Shown here: positions 14,602-27,742 of the stretch, piece by piece | How positions within the stretch are numbered: position 1 is the stretch's first letter | How the letters are laid out: every line of letters starts with the position of its first letter | Assembly (NCBI GenBank): GCA_051362555.1 | Contig: CM120648.1 | Span: 15,186,587 to 15,250,586 of the forward strand | DNA: 64,000 bases | From: Lingula anatina | Taxonomy: Eukaryota; Animalia; Brachiopoda | Reading direction: 5' to 3' | Notes under the pieces: model-generated | Told to the model about the DNA's origin: nothing | The model's database searches: none | What the model saw: the letters and a program-made list of their open reading frames with translations, nothing else | Translations under genes and position numbers: made by a program

Positions 14602-16298
14602 CAGTGTATGAAATTCAAGGAAATTACTAGCCAGACCGCCGGGCAGGTAACTCTGAAAAGTTACCAGCCCGGCCATGTAGTTACCTGCCCTAGTTATGAT
14701 AACCCCTAGAGTTAAGAGAGGTATGCTGAGGGGGTCTAGAATGCATTCTGGGGAGAGTAATTTGGAAATGAAAGGGCAATATCATGCCTTATGCATGGAA
14801 ATTTAGAAATTGGTTGGAATTTCTACTGAATGATACCTTGTCAGTGTTGGATTTAGAGGGGGTCAGGGGGGGTCCTGACGCCCCCCTTTTAATTTCTGCA
14901 AAAAAACTCACCTCTTGCAATAAGACTTTCACTAGTTGAATCATAGTTCTAAACCATACCAAATGGCACCATTTACCATCTAAAATACCAAAAATCTTCA
15001 GGGCCCTTTAGCAGGCGGGGGAGGGCGGGGGGGGGGGGGGGGTAGTCAATTCAGTTTATGTTCACCTTGCAGGCTGTCTCATTTCTTCTTCAATAATTCA
15101 TTTATAGCTATTATTCCGATTTCATGATATCATTTGATAATCATTTTTGCTTTTCTGTGTAGCAACAAGTATGACCAAATATATATATTGTTGTCAAATA
15201 AATCAATCTCTGTGCTGACAATAAAGAAGAAAGAATTCAGCATGAGGGTCCCTTTGAATATCGCTTTTAAGCTTTAAAAGGCGGTCGGGAACGGTCCTGC
15301 ACGCTAATCGCCCATAGACAGTCCTGCAGGGCCCCGTATCTCGAAAGCATTGCTTATTGAGAATAGCTATATATATATATATATATAAACAATATATATA
15401 TATATATATATATATCACATAGAGGCTACAATATATTATATGGGGCGAGTATGGGCTAGTTATTGGATCGAGATGCTTGCGCAATGCGTGATACTTTCGA
15501 GTTACGGTTTTACAAAAAATGTTGCCGCTCGACTAATTGCAAATTGAAGTCACCTTAATTTCCATGGGTCCCAATTTGTTCTCTTTCGTTTGGTTTTGTT
15601 ATTTTTATTTCTTTCCTCAATTGTTTTTCTTTTGAGAACTTCTCTATCGGACTTGATAGAATTTTTTTCATTTTTGACAGCCCAAGATGAAAGCACGTGG
15701 GAAAAGAACTACATCTGACGCACGGCGTAAACTCGTACGTTCACTCATAATTTTGGGATTCAAATTTTTGTAAAATTCTCCTTTAATTTGCCTCCGTTGC
15801 CTTTATTACTGTTGATAAGCACTTCATGTACCTATAAGTCTATTTAATCAATATCGTAACTTTTTATACTTCCACATTTTTATTACTCTCAACCTACAAA
15901 TTGCTACTCGCGGTATCTCCTCTACACAAAACAATGACGTAACGTTATCTGCTGTGCACTGAAGCTGGTTAAGAACAATGTGCCTCGTTTCAAATTGTCT
16001 TTCAACTTCATATCACACAGACGGAACTTCGAAAAAGAGGCCACTGAGAGGGAGACTGTTGGTTACATTTCGATACGTGCGTTCGATTGCAAGCTATGGT
16101 TAGTTCTTTGCTTCTGTGAAAGTGGGTGAAAACAGTGAGTTTATTTTGCTGAAATCGCTTGTGAACATAGACAAAATAAAAGGTGAAAATAGGCTGTAAA
16201 TTAGCCAGCCCGTCGGGCGGGTAATTTGCAAATCTTACCCGCCCGGCCTGAAAGTTACCAGCCTCGGGCTGGCGGGCAGGCGGCCATTTCATACACTG
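14602..16298. mobile_element. Non-autonomous TIR DNA transposon with 7-bp TSD (P-element-like)
   Basis: 13-bp TIR CAGTGTATGAAAT/ATTTCATACACTG; GCTATAT duplicated on both flanks; subterminal TTACCAGCC-type repeats at both ends. Confidence 0.8.
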
Positions 16299-16514
16299 GC
16301 TATATTCCCATAGATTTTAGATCGATCTATCCCCGCGGGGAGTCTCACTAGATTACTTTCAGATAATCCGACTTAAATGTCCGTCCCGCCTACTACAAGC
16401 TGTAAGGGGGTAATTAACTTTCGTGTCCGCCCGGCTGACAGCTATTTAGCGTGAACCCCCAGGGAGTTAGGTCGATCTAAAGTAGGTCGATCTAATCTCT
16501 GGAAATGGGGTGTA
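16299..16514. mobile_element. Palindromic Harbinger-like MITE, left end interrupted by the 14602-16298 element
   Basis: ATTCCCATAGATT...AATCTCTGGAAAT imperfect inverted ends; homologous to 362-580. Confidence 0.55.
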
Positions 16515-17756
16515 AATCCCTTTTAAAACCAGAACTTCATGATTTCAGGTTATATTTGCTTTGAATTGAAAGCAATTTCTAATATTTTTAAAAGTCATCT
16601 ACATGTATATAGGCACGCATATTTAAGAAAATTAATGTCATTCAATATCTTACGCCAAAATTTCGCTAATCGCAATTTTACCTTTTTATATAAGTTCTTC
16701 CAGTTTCTCCTCCAACTTCGTGGATTGATATTTTGGAATGGACACCCAAAAGATGTTAACAGCAGTTTTCCAACAGAGACTTGTCGGAAAAAAGTGTTTT
16801 TTTGTGTTCCTTTAAAAATGCATAATAAGCGAAAGAACCGCTCTGTACATTCGCTGTAACGCATACAGTACAAATTACTACTACACACACTGGACAATAG
16901 AAGTGCCACCCCTACTGAACCAATACTTTGGGGGAGATAAATGACTGTGGAATGATATGCTCCTGGTATCTTTTTATTGACATCAAATTTCACAAAAAGA
17001 CCAACAATACAATTCCACGGTACAGCGGTTTTATACTCATTAGTTACATTATAAGTAGACCAGGCATTATAACTTTGATTACTCTGATTCAGGGGGTGAC
17101 ACTTCTATTGTCTTGTGTGTGTACCTTCTTACACAACTGAGGCAAAGAAACCAAAATGAAATTTATCACTCGACCAGCCAAAAAAGCTTTATAACTGCTT
17201 CTTATTATATTTCTGGCCGTAAACGTAATATATTTATCCATTCCTTCAGTTCTGAAACACTGTGCTATTTTTTGAATTTATGCTTTTTTTGTAACTATAC
17301 ATGTACATGGTGGCATTTGGTCGAGTTTATTGGCAAAAATGTGACAAGTCTACTCGCCCAATACGCACCTTAAGTAAATTTGAAAGGCCTGGTAATGATA
17401 ATTCCTAGCTTGTTATAAATGCACGCAGTGGTAATTAACCGTCTATTAAATTTTTCTCTGCTTTACCTTTTACATTACCACCCATGATTTTTTCTTTAAC
17501 TGTTAAAGACAAGGTTTGTGGAAAGTCTCCAAATTTTGTTTTTCCAGGCAGTTCAGGCTGTATGGAAGACCTGATGGGCTACTTGAAATGAAAAAAAAAG
17601 GCCGTCTCAAACTAAAGTCCAGACCCCGTTTTTTGTTAACTAAGGGGCTTTTAAGTTATCTATTACTTTCAGTAAATCGTCGAAAGGTTAAATCCAAAAC
17701 GGGCTTAAGGTATTGCTCTGTTTGACACCTTTAAAGGTAAGCAGTGGTTCAGTGCT

Positions 17757-17921
17757 CAGGCCCGTAGCCAGGGGGGGTTCGGGGGGTTCGAAAGAACCCC
17801 CCCTTTTTGCTGGAAAAAGATCCACTCTGTGTAAAATTTGACCTACATGGGGATTATATGGTAAAAGGTCCACTTTTTCAGAAAAAGAACCCCCCCTTTG
17901 AAATTGCTGGCTACGGGCCTG
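17757..17921. mobile_element. 165-bp MITE
   Basis: 15-bp perfect TIR CAGGCCCGTAGCCAG/CTGGCTACGGGCCTG. Confidence 0.85.
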
Positions 17922-17987
17922 GTGATGTCGGGGGAGGGGGGGGGGGGATGCATGCTGTTGCATAGTTTTATTGTTTGCGTAAGAAAT

Positions 17988-19485
17988 CAGGGTTCATACA
18001 GATGATTTGAAATGAAATTCAAGGACTTTTCAAGGACTTTCCAGGGTCATATATTCAAAATTCAAGGACTAATTTACACTGAAACTGTTAGTTATATATT
18101 CAATTTTCATGAAACAATACATTAAGTAAAATTGTGGTATTTCATATTGTTAAATAACATTCAAAGAAAACAATTCACATCTTGAAACATTTTATTGATA
18201 CACACTATTCTTTGTCAATATATCACGTAATTCATATAGTCCGTACCACCCTGTGTATTCATTTGTTTTTTTTTATATATATTTTTCATCTGAATTATTT
18301 TGTTTTCCAATTCTTTTTCTTTTAAAGTTTCCTTTTTTCTGAGGCAGATCTCCTGAGGCTGTTTGACTTAGAAATCATTGACAGGCTGCTGCACGTCTCA
18401 GCCTTCTGTGCATATTTGTAACTCTCCGTATGAGATCTTTATTTCACAATTAAAACATTGTGAATGACTTATAGAAATATAATATATTCTGTTTTACCAC
18501 AATAATGGCAATTATAGCTATTATTCTGATATCTAGGCTTGTCTTTAGACCACGTGACCTCCATTGATGGCTATACTCTGTTAAAATCTCTTAAGAGATT
18601 TTAACAAAAAACCAACCTTTTTAGAAAAAAACCAGGGGCTAACTTTGAATGTAAAAATGGATTCATTTATCATTGGTAAGTATGGGAAAATTGTTGTTTA
18701 CTCCAGGAAAATTCATTTTTTTGGCCAAACAAAGAGTTATTATGACTTTAAGCAATTCACAAATGTCATCTTCCATGCGTTTTTTCTTTTTTTTTAAATT
18801 TAATCAATGTCTTCCATTACAGACTTTCTTTCCTTTTTATTTTTGCCGTCCTCTTCAGCTTGCTTTCTTTTTCCCCTCTAAGTAATTCTGATATCTTTGT
18901 CTAGCACTCCCTGCAGACAACAGTAAGGCTGTTGTAACTGGGGCATTGCTTAATCCTCCTAATGAATGGACATGGTCGCATATCACTCCACTTACCTACA
19001 TTGCTAAGTGTAAGCATTACTTTCAGATTAAATCACTGTGATCAGCTATAAGCACAAACAAATTATTCTTGCGATATTGCATTGAATTAAAACAAACTAA
19101 ACAAAAGTCGGGAATCCAAGTTAAAAAACAATTTCTTCATACTAAAGAGGTACATTTCTCCCAAGACAAGACAACATTGTTTTTTCCTGTTATGTTTTAC
19201 CAAGACAGGACAACATCGTTTTTCCCAACTTCTGGGGAAAACTGTTATATATCGACAGACTGTTATATATCGACGTTAAAAAACGACCGACTCGAATTTT
19301 GTTTTTAATAATCATAAATGATTTAAAAAGTTCGTTTTTTTATTTTTCAAGCATAATCAAGGGTTTTCAAGGGTTTATTTTTATTTTCCAGGGTTTTGCT
19401 CCATTTTCAAGCATATTCAAGGACTTGATTTTAGAAAATAAAATTCAAGGGTTTTCAAGGGTTTTCAAGAGTTGTGCGAACCCTG
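17988..19485 (-). mobile_element. Non-autonomous DNA transposon (hAT-like ends) with a small coding relic
   Basis: TIR CAGGGTTCATACA/TGTGCGAACCCTG (11/13); TTCAAGG subterminal repeats at both ends; flanks GAAAT/GAAGT; minus-strand relic AETCSSLSMISKSNSLRRSASEKK near 18330-18410. Confidence 0.75.
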
Positions 19486-20750
19486 GAAGTTTGTAATTAG
19501 TTTAAAGGTACATTGGACATAACTGCATACTCTACATTTTCATTGGTTTGTCTTTCAAATTGCACATTTAATGGGATCTTAACTAAAAGTCGTGGATATT
19601 TACAGCTATTAGTTTTATTCCATGTCTCGAAAACGGCATAAATGCACACTAAGAGCGAGCCACCTTTGTATCAAAATTTGACTATTTAATACTGCAGAAC
19701 TCAACACTTTCCCCATAAAAGACATCTACTATCACATTCCATATCTAACTTACTATCTGTAAAGCCCTTTAGGGGTGGTCTTAGTTTTTAGATTTTGAAT
19801 CAATCTCGAACTGGAATTTAGTTTTAGTAGTACATGCGAAATTTTCTGGCAACAGTAATAAACATTAATTTGGAACTGAAAAACGGTTTCATAAATTGAA
19901 TTTTTTTCAGCGATTCTGTGAGCATAAGATTAAGTTTACAAAAACGTACAATCAGCCACCATTTTGTGCATTTTCCTCAGTATTGGCACATTTAAAATGG
20001 TACGAGGAAGTGTAGAGTAAATTGGTAACAATCCTGAACATTTTGATATTGAAATACGTTTTTGTAGCTCAGATTTTCCGCATTAAACTAACAAAACATG
20101 TACAACTGACTGTTTATAGAAGTGGCTTGTATTTCATTTTATGTTTGTTTACTTTTCATGAATAAAGCATTACACAATGCCCGGCGTGCTTGGAAAAAGC
20201 ATTTTCTTGATTTTCGGTCCGCAGGCTTAAAAATGCTTCCAGTTGTTATGGCATCAAACATAAACATTCACTGATTCATCATATTGTTGTAATTGATATA
20301 TATCTACAAGTACATCAAATTAGGCTTAAATATTCTTTCACAGTCACATAAATACAAAAACAACAAATAATTATAATAATAATATTTATTTATTTATAAC
20401 TAAAGTTTGTATGGTAGATTATTGAAATGATTATTCTAATAAAGACAAATACATTTTTATTTTCAAAAACTGAAACTGAAAGTAATAAATTAAGTTGATA
20501 AAATCATAAAATTACCTAAAATAATACAAATATGGTAAATAACAACAAAAATACATTTGACTTTCTATTTCATTTTCAATGAAAAAAAGTTTTTATAAAC
20601 ATCTGTACAGTACTTTTTAATGATATTAGTGCATTAAAAATGTTCCAATGAAAGCTTATTTGTAGTATGCAAAAATTTCATAAGGAAACAAAAGCCTCAA
20701 ATACACAGTAACTGAGACTGTAGTTTGCTGCTTTTAAATGTTCTCTCTAT

Positions 20751-20897
20751 TATCACTGTATCTCATGTCCACAGTGTGTTCAGTGATTTCCATATAAGAC
20801 TACAGACACATATACAACTATGATCATCACCGTATATCATGTCCACAGTGTGTTCAGTGATTTCCATATAAGATTATAGACACATATACAACTATAA
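20751..20897. repeat. Tandem duplication, period about 74 bp
   Basis: TCATGTCCACAGTGTGTTCAGTGATTTCCATATAAGA occurs twice. Confidence 0.85.
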
Positions 20898-21899
20898 TCC
20901 CCGCTGCACTGATGAATAACATAGTCACATCATATTACCTGGATAGGGTTATGTTATGAAATATACTAAATATAACAGTTAGTGTAAAAGTAACTCTCAA
21001 GTGGTGAAAAAAAGCAATTTTTTGCTCTATTAAGCACTTTTCATCAGTTTTGCACACCTATCTGTTCTAAATATAGGTGTAACTCCATACCCAGGTTTTG
21101 TAAGATATTACTTGTCACGTAAACATGAGAGAAAAAATAACAATAGCTATAAAAGTCTTGAGGTTTTCTTAGTCCTTAATTTCTCTTTGTTACCTCTCTC
21201 ATCTTTTTTTAAACAAGGTTTATTCACAAGAAATGGAGGCAAGGCACATTAACATTATATACTCTGTTAAATAAAAAAAATACAAATTATATTCAAAAGC
21301 AACAAAAAAGAAAAGGAGTAGTAATAGCAAATCATGCTGATTAACACCCTAGCAGAATGATGAAATCAAACTGTAATATTATTATACAAACAAAATAATA
21401 AGATAAACAAAATACTCTAATTTCAACCCAGTCTCTCTCAAATATAAATTCTGTACTGATGGGTGTGTAATGACATAACTAAACATTCTTTGATCTAACA
21501 CAGTCCCAGAATTACCTAGCAAGTATTGACAATGTGATAATTCAGTCATCATTCTAATTTTTTTATCCAGTATTAGTTTAGCACCACTCTAGGCAAGTGA
21601 ACTTAAGTTTGAATATTTAAGATAAGAAAATGCCCTGTCTCTTAATTCAATCTCATTAAAAAGTTATCAAAAATTACAAAATAAGCAACAAAAGTAAAAA
21701 TTCAATATTAATAAGGACTACAATGAAGGTAACAACAGTTCTGTACATACTAATATAAAATCTTCAATCCACTTGTTACTAAAACCTGTGAAATTCTTTA
21801 TTTACAAAAAATAATAATTTTCTGCATTTTACTTTTACAAAATTGCTGCAGAGATGCTGAATCATGTAGATGATATCATAAGATGAGCATTAACATAAG

Positions 21900-21933
21900 A
21901 CTAGACAGCAAAGCTGTCAAATATACAGACACT
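21900..21933 (-). mobile_element. Helentron/HINE-type 3-prime terminus (hairpin plus subTIR)
   Basis: ACTA-GACAGC-aaa-GCTGTC-AA-ATATACAGACACT, nearly identical to 176-209. Confidence 0.65.
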
Positions 21934-22619
21934 AAATATAATGTTTCAACAATCATTATAAAAGTATACATATGCATTTCTAAAAACTATCAAATCCTGC
22001 TAAATTTGGAAAGAAAACAGTCTTTTTTCTCAGCCACTCAGCAAATTCAATGTAAAACAGAAACAGATGTCACCAAAATATGTAGGAAGAAAAATCAAAC
22101 AAAGAAATTCAAAGAAACAGATTCTGTTACAGCTAGCCAAGGCAGATGGTAAAAGAGTTTCACTAATTTCACAAACAATTTAAACTTCAACAAATGACAT
22201 TGTAAATGATTGAAGTAAATATTTTTTGTTCGCTATAGCATTCCCAATCTCTTTTAAGATTTTCTGCTAAATGAAATTTAAAAAAATTGTTTAATATTAA
22301 TTTTTCAAAAGATAAGCATATAGAATACTTTTTGAATGCTGCATACTGGAATTATATTGAACCAAACCCTTACAGGCAGAACAGAAAAGGGCACCATGAA
22401 ATGGTCTTCCATGTACAGTAACGAGGGAAATGTGCAAAGATCTGCAAGACAATTCATGGAAACCTCTGGATGAGTTTGGAACTCATGAAATGCGCATCCC
22501 TTATGAACAAATATTTTGATTTATTCTTTAAAATAAATGGTACTGAGACAATGTTTTCATTATAACATTTTAATGTTTCACATTTCTTGCACACTCATTG
22601 GATTCCGATTTTCATTCAG

Positions 22620-23331
22620 TCAAGTGGAGGTGTGCAATGCACCATGTGCAAAATGAGCACGAGTGGATATCAGGAAATGGGTATGGGATGGCCCAGAGTG
22701 AACATGAGTGGATATCAGGAAATGGGTATGGGATGGCCCAGAGTGAACATGAGTGGATATCAGGAAATGGGTATGGGATGGCCCAGTGTGAACATGAGTG
22801 GATATCAGGAGATGGGTATGGGACGGCCCAGTGTGAACATGAGTGGATATCAGGAGTTGGGTATGGGACGGCCCAGTGTGAACATGAGTGGATATCAGGG
22901 GATGGGTATGGGACGGCCCAGTGTGAACATGAGTGGATATCAGGAGATGGGTATGGGACGGCCCAGTGTGAACATGAGTGGATATCAGGGGATGGGTATG
23001 GGACGGCCCAGTGTGAACATGAGTGGATATCAGGAGATGGATATGGGACGGCCCAGTGTGAACATGAGTGGATATCAGGAGATGGATATGGGACGGCCCA
23101 GTGTGAACATGAGTGGATATCAGGAGATGGGTATGGGACGGCCCAGTGTGAACATGAGTGGATATCAGGAGATGGGTATGGGACGGCCCAGTGTGAACAC
23201 GACCCCCTACCACCTGATAAAGAGAGAGTGAAGAAGTGGCTGGAACCTTCCTCACAGGAATTGACTACATTAGGGCAGATTATTCTGAACAAAAGATCCC
23301 AGAAGGACATTGAACATTATGTAAATAACAG
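22620..23331 (+). pseudogene. Kolobok-type transposase exon with an in-frame 45-bp expansion
   Basis: KWRCAMHHVQNEHEW...CEHDPLP...KKWLEPSS...IILNK..KDI motif; acceptor TTCATTCAG and donor AG/GTATGC. A second decayed copy of the exon start lies at about 23400-23480. Confidence 0.6.
22654..23200. repeat. 45-bp minisatellite, 12 copies
   Basis: Unit TGAACATGAGTGGATATCAGGAGATGGGTATGGGACGGCCCAGTG. Confidence 0.97.
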
Positions 23332-23539
23332 GTATGCAAATGAACAGGATTTGTTTCTTTAGGACTGCTAATATTGACATTTTTCATCACTCACATTTAC
23401 CTGCACACTCATTGGATTCAGATTTTTATTCAGTCAAAGTGGAGAGGTGCAATGCATCATGTTCAAAATGAACACCAGTGTATGTCTGAACAGCCAAATT
23501 GTTTTTATGCCAACAAGGAAGTTAAAAAATCGGAGACTA

Positions 23540-23843
23540 CTTAGCCAAAATGACGAAAAAGTGCAGAGGAGTTGGGTTGCCTGAGCAACGCACAGTTGCA
23601 GCTGTAGTTAACGGACTTGATCCTACGATAAGGACCGCCATCATAATGAAAAACCCCATAAACTTGAGATACTTGCAAAGACTTGCCACTTTGGCAGAAG
23701 CTACCTCTGCATGCAGCCCTAGACAGGAGCCAGCACCAACAGTAGCTCAGACTGAAGTTGTGGACATGGCCAGTGTTATGTCACAGTTTACAGAAATGCA
23801 CAAAGATCTAATGAGCCAGTTAGTCACTAACAAAAAAATATAA
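23540..23843 (+). pseudogene. LTR-retrotransposon gag fragment
   Basis: VAAVVNGLDPTIRTAIIMKNP..L..L..LATLAE capsid C-terminal-like pattern. Confidence 0.5.
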
Positions 23844-23849
23844 ATTGCA

Positions 23850-24195
23850 TAGAGAAATTACTTGAATTTTGATAACAAGACGAGACCTTGCAAGTAAAAA
23901 CTTGAATGACATTATTAGAAAGCGCAGAAATTTTGTTATGATTAAGTCTGCTGTATTGAATTTTTTTTGGGAAAGAGATGACATAAGCCAATGTAACCCA
24001 GGGAAAAAAGATGCCATCTTGACAGAAACAGGAAAAATGCAGACTAGAATACTCACTGATTATCTTTCAAATTTACACCAAAGATTTTACCAGAGTGATA
24101 CATAAGACCACACCTATTGCACATCACACACTGCTACTTGACTCTGAAAGAGAGGGACATGACTCTCCTGCTATGACTTTATAGACACAACAATT
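23850..24195 (+). pseudogene. Sola2-like transposase fragment
   Basis: FFWERDDISQCNPGKKDAI...KMQTRILTDYLSNLHQRF motif. Confidence 0.55.
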
Positions 24196-24476
24196 ATGTA
24201 AGTGTTTAAGTTTGCTTTAATTTTATGAATTTATGAAAATGATTGTTTTAAATCTTATTTGTATTTGTCAGGTATATTGTTTTTTTTAGCGACTGGCTTA
24301 TTGGCTAATCAACTACATGTATTGGCAAACATTACAGCAATCTAAATAAACTAAAAACTAAAAGCCAGCAGAGTTCAAAAAAGTTTTTATCCAACCCAAC
24401 ACAGTCAATAATTATAGTCAAACAGTCAGAACTACTATCCAAAATCACCAGAAGCCGCTCACATGGTGCAATAACC

Positions 24477-25174
24477 ATGGAACTGGAAAAGCTGAAGAAA
24501 GAAAGAAGTGACTCTAAAAGATCAGTTACAGTTGCAGCAAAGGCCCTAGAACAAGCTATTGGTGTAGGGCTCACTGTAAAAGATGCAGCTGAAAGATTGG
24601 AGAAACGATATTTAGAGTATTTAGAAGTTACAAATGACTACAGAGCAATATGTGAGACCGAAGAGGGCAGTGAATTCAGTTGTTTCCAATAAATGGACCC
24701 TGATGAGTATGTTGAACATGTGAAAAACATATTTTAATACAATTCAGGCTTACAAACAATACAGTAAACAAAATGTAGATCAAAAATCAGACTTTCCTAT
24801 TCAGCTTAAGAAAAGGGAGATTCCTAAAATTCACAGGCCACAGAAAACACCGGCCAGAATTCCAAAAAATATGGCAAAGCATGGTTGCACCAGCTCCAGC
24901 AAATAGAACAGCCTTAGCTGTAGAACTAAAAAACTCGTATAAGGGTGGTCATGCATACGTTAAAATTTGTAATATTTCAGCAGGTTCTGAGGGCAAATAT
25001 GATAAAATGTGGGAGGCATTGTGTCTTCATTATGCCAATGTTCTTTTAGCTGTGTCTACTGCATTAGAGGAGATAATTCATCTGAAACCAGTCTCCTCTG
25101 AAGATAGTTATGAGCAGCAGGTAAAATATATCAGAAACATCAGTTTGTTATTTCAGCAGTTGGATATATGCTAG
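24477..25174 (+). pseudogene. BEL/Pao gag fragment (DUF1759-like), disrupted
   Basis: QLKKREIPK..., PEFQKIWQSMVAP, YDKMWEALCLHY, ALEEIIHLKPV; stops and frameshifts. Confidence 0.6.
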
Positions 25175-25849
25175 ACCAAGTACACATGAAGCAGAAAAGA
25201 GATTATTCCATACTGATGTGAAGTATAAATTAAGAGTCAAAGCCATGATGGAAATGACCACAGGAATGTTCCAATGACCACTACAGACTGTTTTCCTAAT
25301 GCTAGAATGGAAGGATATGGATGAGATCACTGAAAAACAGGACTATGCCAGTGTGATGAGGTAGAACGTCAGTCCAATCCTGTTTATTGCAGCACGTATG
25401 AGACTATTACCATCTCTTTTCATTGGTTATTTTTTCTTTTTCTTACCTTTCCTTCATTCTTTCTCCCATGACTTTAGTCTTTGGCAGGCACTAACCCTCT
25501 GATCTGATTGGCTCTCTCACCAACATGATCAGAGATAAATGAGCCATTTGCCGCACACGTTTCTCAATGATATTAGTGAGCCTCTTCCCTTATGACCGAG
25601 AGCTAAACACCCATACAAAATTCATGTTTACGAAGGTAAGTTGCAAACCTGAGCACTGTTATGAAAAGAGCAATTGCCTGTGGCTTCGAAAAGCTGTCAG
25701 TAGAAATAATGTTACATTCACAAGAATAAAGCCTGGAAGAATTGATTTGGTCATAAAAACTATTTATTTATGTGTATTCTGCCGTATGTAAAGCTATATT
25801 TTATTCATTATCATGCTGTACCATGCCCAATGGGGAACCAAGTTAAAAT

Positions 25850-27075
25850 ATACATGTTGTGGTATTTTGCAGGAATATCCAAGAGGGGAGCAACTAAAAT
25901 TGCCCTATTCACTGGCACAACAGATATAGGGTAAGGTATCAGGACATTCTAGAAGCTGCCCTTCTGCCATTCATCAGAGAGAGGTAAGGGCGAATTCATG
26001 AATTAGGTAATGCTATTTGATGACAGTGGAATGCCGCTCACCTATGCTATCTCACATCTGATAACATCTCCATAACCAATAACCTTTGTATCGTTCATAT
26101 TTCCACAATGTTTTTTTATCCCTTACTTTCATTATTTTAGGTTCCCGGCCATTAAGACATCGATTTATGCAAGACAATGCACCAATGCATACAAGGTGAT
26201 TCACAATGCAATTTCTGAGGGAAAACGGTGTTATTTGGTTCTGAACTCTACCAGAGAGTCTGGACCTCAACCCAATAGAACTTGTGTGGGCAGAAATGGT
26301 GTGAACTGGTTCTGAACTCCACCAGAAAGTCTGGACCTCAACCCAATAGAACTCATGTAGGCAGAAATGGTGTGAACTGGTTCTGAACTCCACCAGAGAG
26401 TCTGGACCTCAACCCAATAGAACTCATGTAGGCAGAAATGGTGTGAACTGGTTCCGAACTCCACCAGAAAGTCTGGACCTCAACCCAATAGAACTTGTGT
26501 GGGCAGAAATGGTGTGAACTGGTTCCGAACTCCACCAGAAAGTCTGGACCTCAACCCAATAGAACTTGTGTGGGCAGAAATGGTGTGAACTGGTTCCGAA
26601 CTCCACCAGAGAGTCTGGACCTCAACCCAATAGAACTTGTGTGGGCAGAAATGGTGTGAACTGGTTCCAAACTCCACCAGAAAGTCTGGACCTCAACCCA
26701 ATAGAACTCATGTGGGCAGAAATGGTGTGAACTGGTTCTGAACTCCACCAGAGAGTCTGGACCTCAACCCAATAGAACTCATGTGGGCAGAAATGAAATT
26801 TCACATTTGGCACCGTGCAAACCAAACGCGAAAGATCAGCTGGTGCAATTTCTGAGGGAAAACGGCATTAACTGATTCCATACTCCACCAGAGAGTCTGG
26901 ACCTCAACCCGATTGAACTCATGTGGGCAGAAATGAAGGATCACATTCGGCACCGTGCAAAGCCCAAGATGAAAGATGAGCTGGCAGGGGGAATATAAGA
27001 ACTTTGGCACTCTATAAACCAGGATAAGTGCATCAAATACATTAATTACATAAACATTAATCACATTCAAAAGGT
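25850..27075 (+). pseudogene. Tc1/mariner-type DDE transposase relic, intron-containing
   Basis: AGISKRGATKIALFTG..YQDILEAALLPFIRE, then RFMQDNAPMHT and [19 protein letters not shown] motifs. Confidence 0.8.
26222..26795. repeat. 71-bp minisatellite, 8 copies (plus a diverged copy at about 26846-26935)
   Basis: Unit GAAATGGTGTGAACTGGTTCYGAACTCCACCAGARAGTCTGGACCTCAACCCAATAGAACTYRTGTGGGCA. Confidence 0.95.
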
Positions 27076-27742
27076 AATGCCCAAAGAACAGGCCATGTGT
27101 TGCAGTACTGAAGTATTAGAGAGTTTTGGCAAGGCCTTCCGTACGATGTATAACATGCGGCGTCATCACTTTGTGCGTAGTTTTTCTCAAGGACAAGTCA
27201 TAAGTCATACGGCACTACGTATTAATCAGTGATTACACGTAGGTAAGAAACGTATAGAATTTAATAGATTTATGCTTATTTCTTTCAAGTTTAACATACT
27301 GCAGAGGAATATATAGGGTGTTAAGATTCCACTGAATCACTTTTAGACGCTGTCGGTAGAAATACTCTGTGAAAACAGCTGGAAAAACAGCCAGTCAATC
27401 AGTCGTCCGTAGTAGTATCAAATTCAATTTAAGTTGATTTTTTTTTCATAAACAACAGGATCTGCGGCATCAATTGACGTAAATAACACACTCCATTCAA
27501 CATCTTAATTATTCATCTATCTAAAATCCGCATATGGAGTGAGACCTGCCAAAACCACTGCTAGCTTTCTCGCGTACGTAAAACGTATTGAACTATACGT
27601 TACACGTCATACAGAAGGCCTTGCCAAAACTCTCTATTCTCTCTCAACTCTTGGATGGATTCCTATCTACTATCATGCATATAATTTTGATTGTGGCAAC
27701 TTTTCACAAGGAAGTTCCAAAGTTGTGTATGACCACAGCACA

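Noticed and set aside
22587-23310. Overlapping 211-232 aa ORFs in alternative frames
   Set aside because: By-products of a stop-poor 45-bp repeat; only the EHEW frame has motif support.
26052-27070. Series of 60-113 aa minus-strand ORFs
   Set aside because: Antisense readings of the 71-bp repeat.
27539-27742. N-terminal part of the 258-aa ORF
   Set aside because: LINE similarity starts only near 27743; the upstream part is chance read-through from a GTG.
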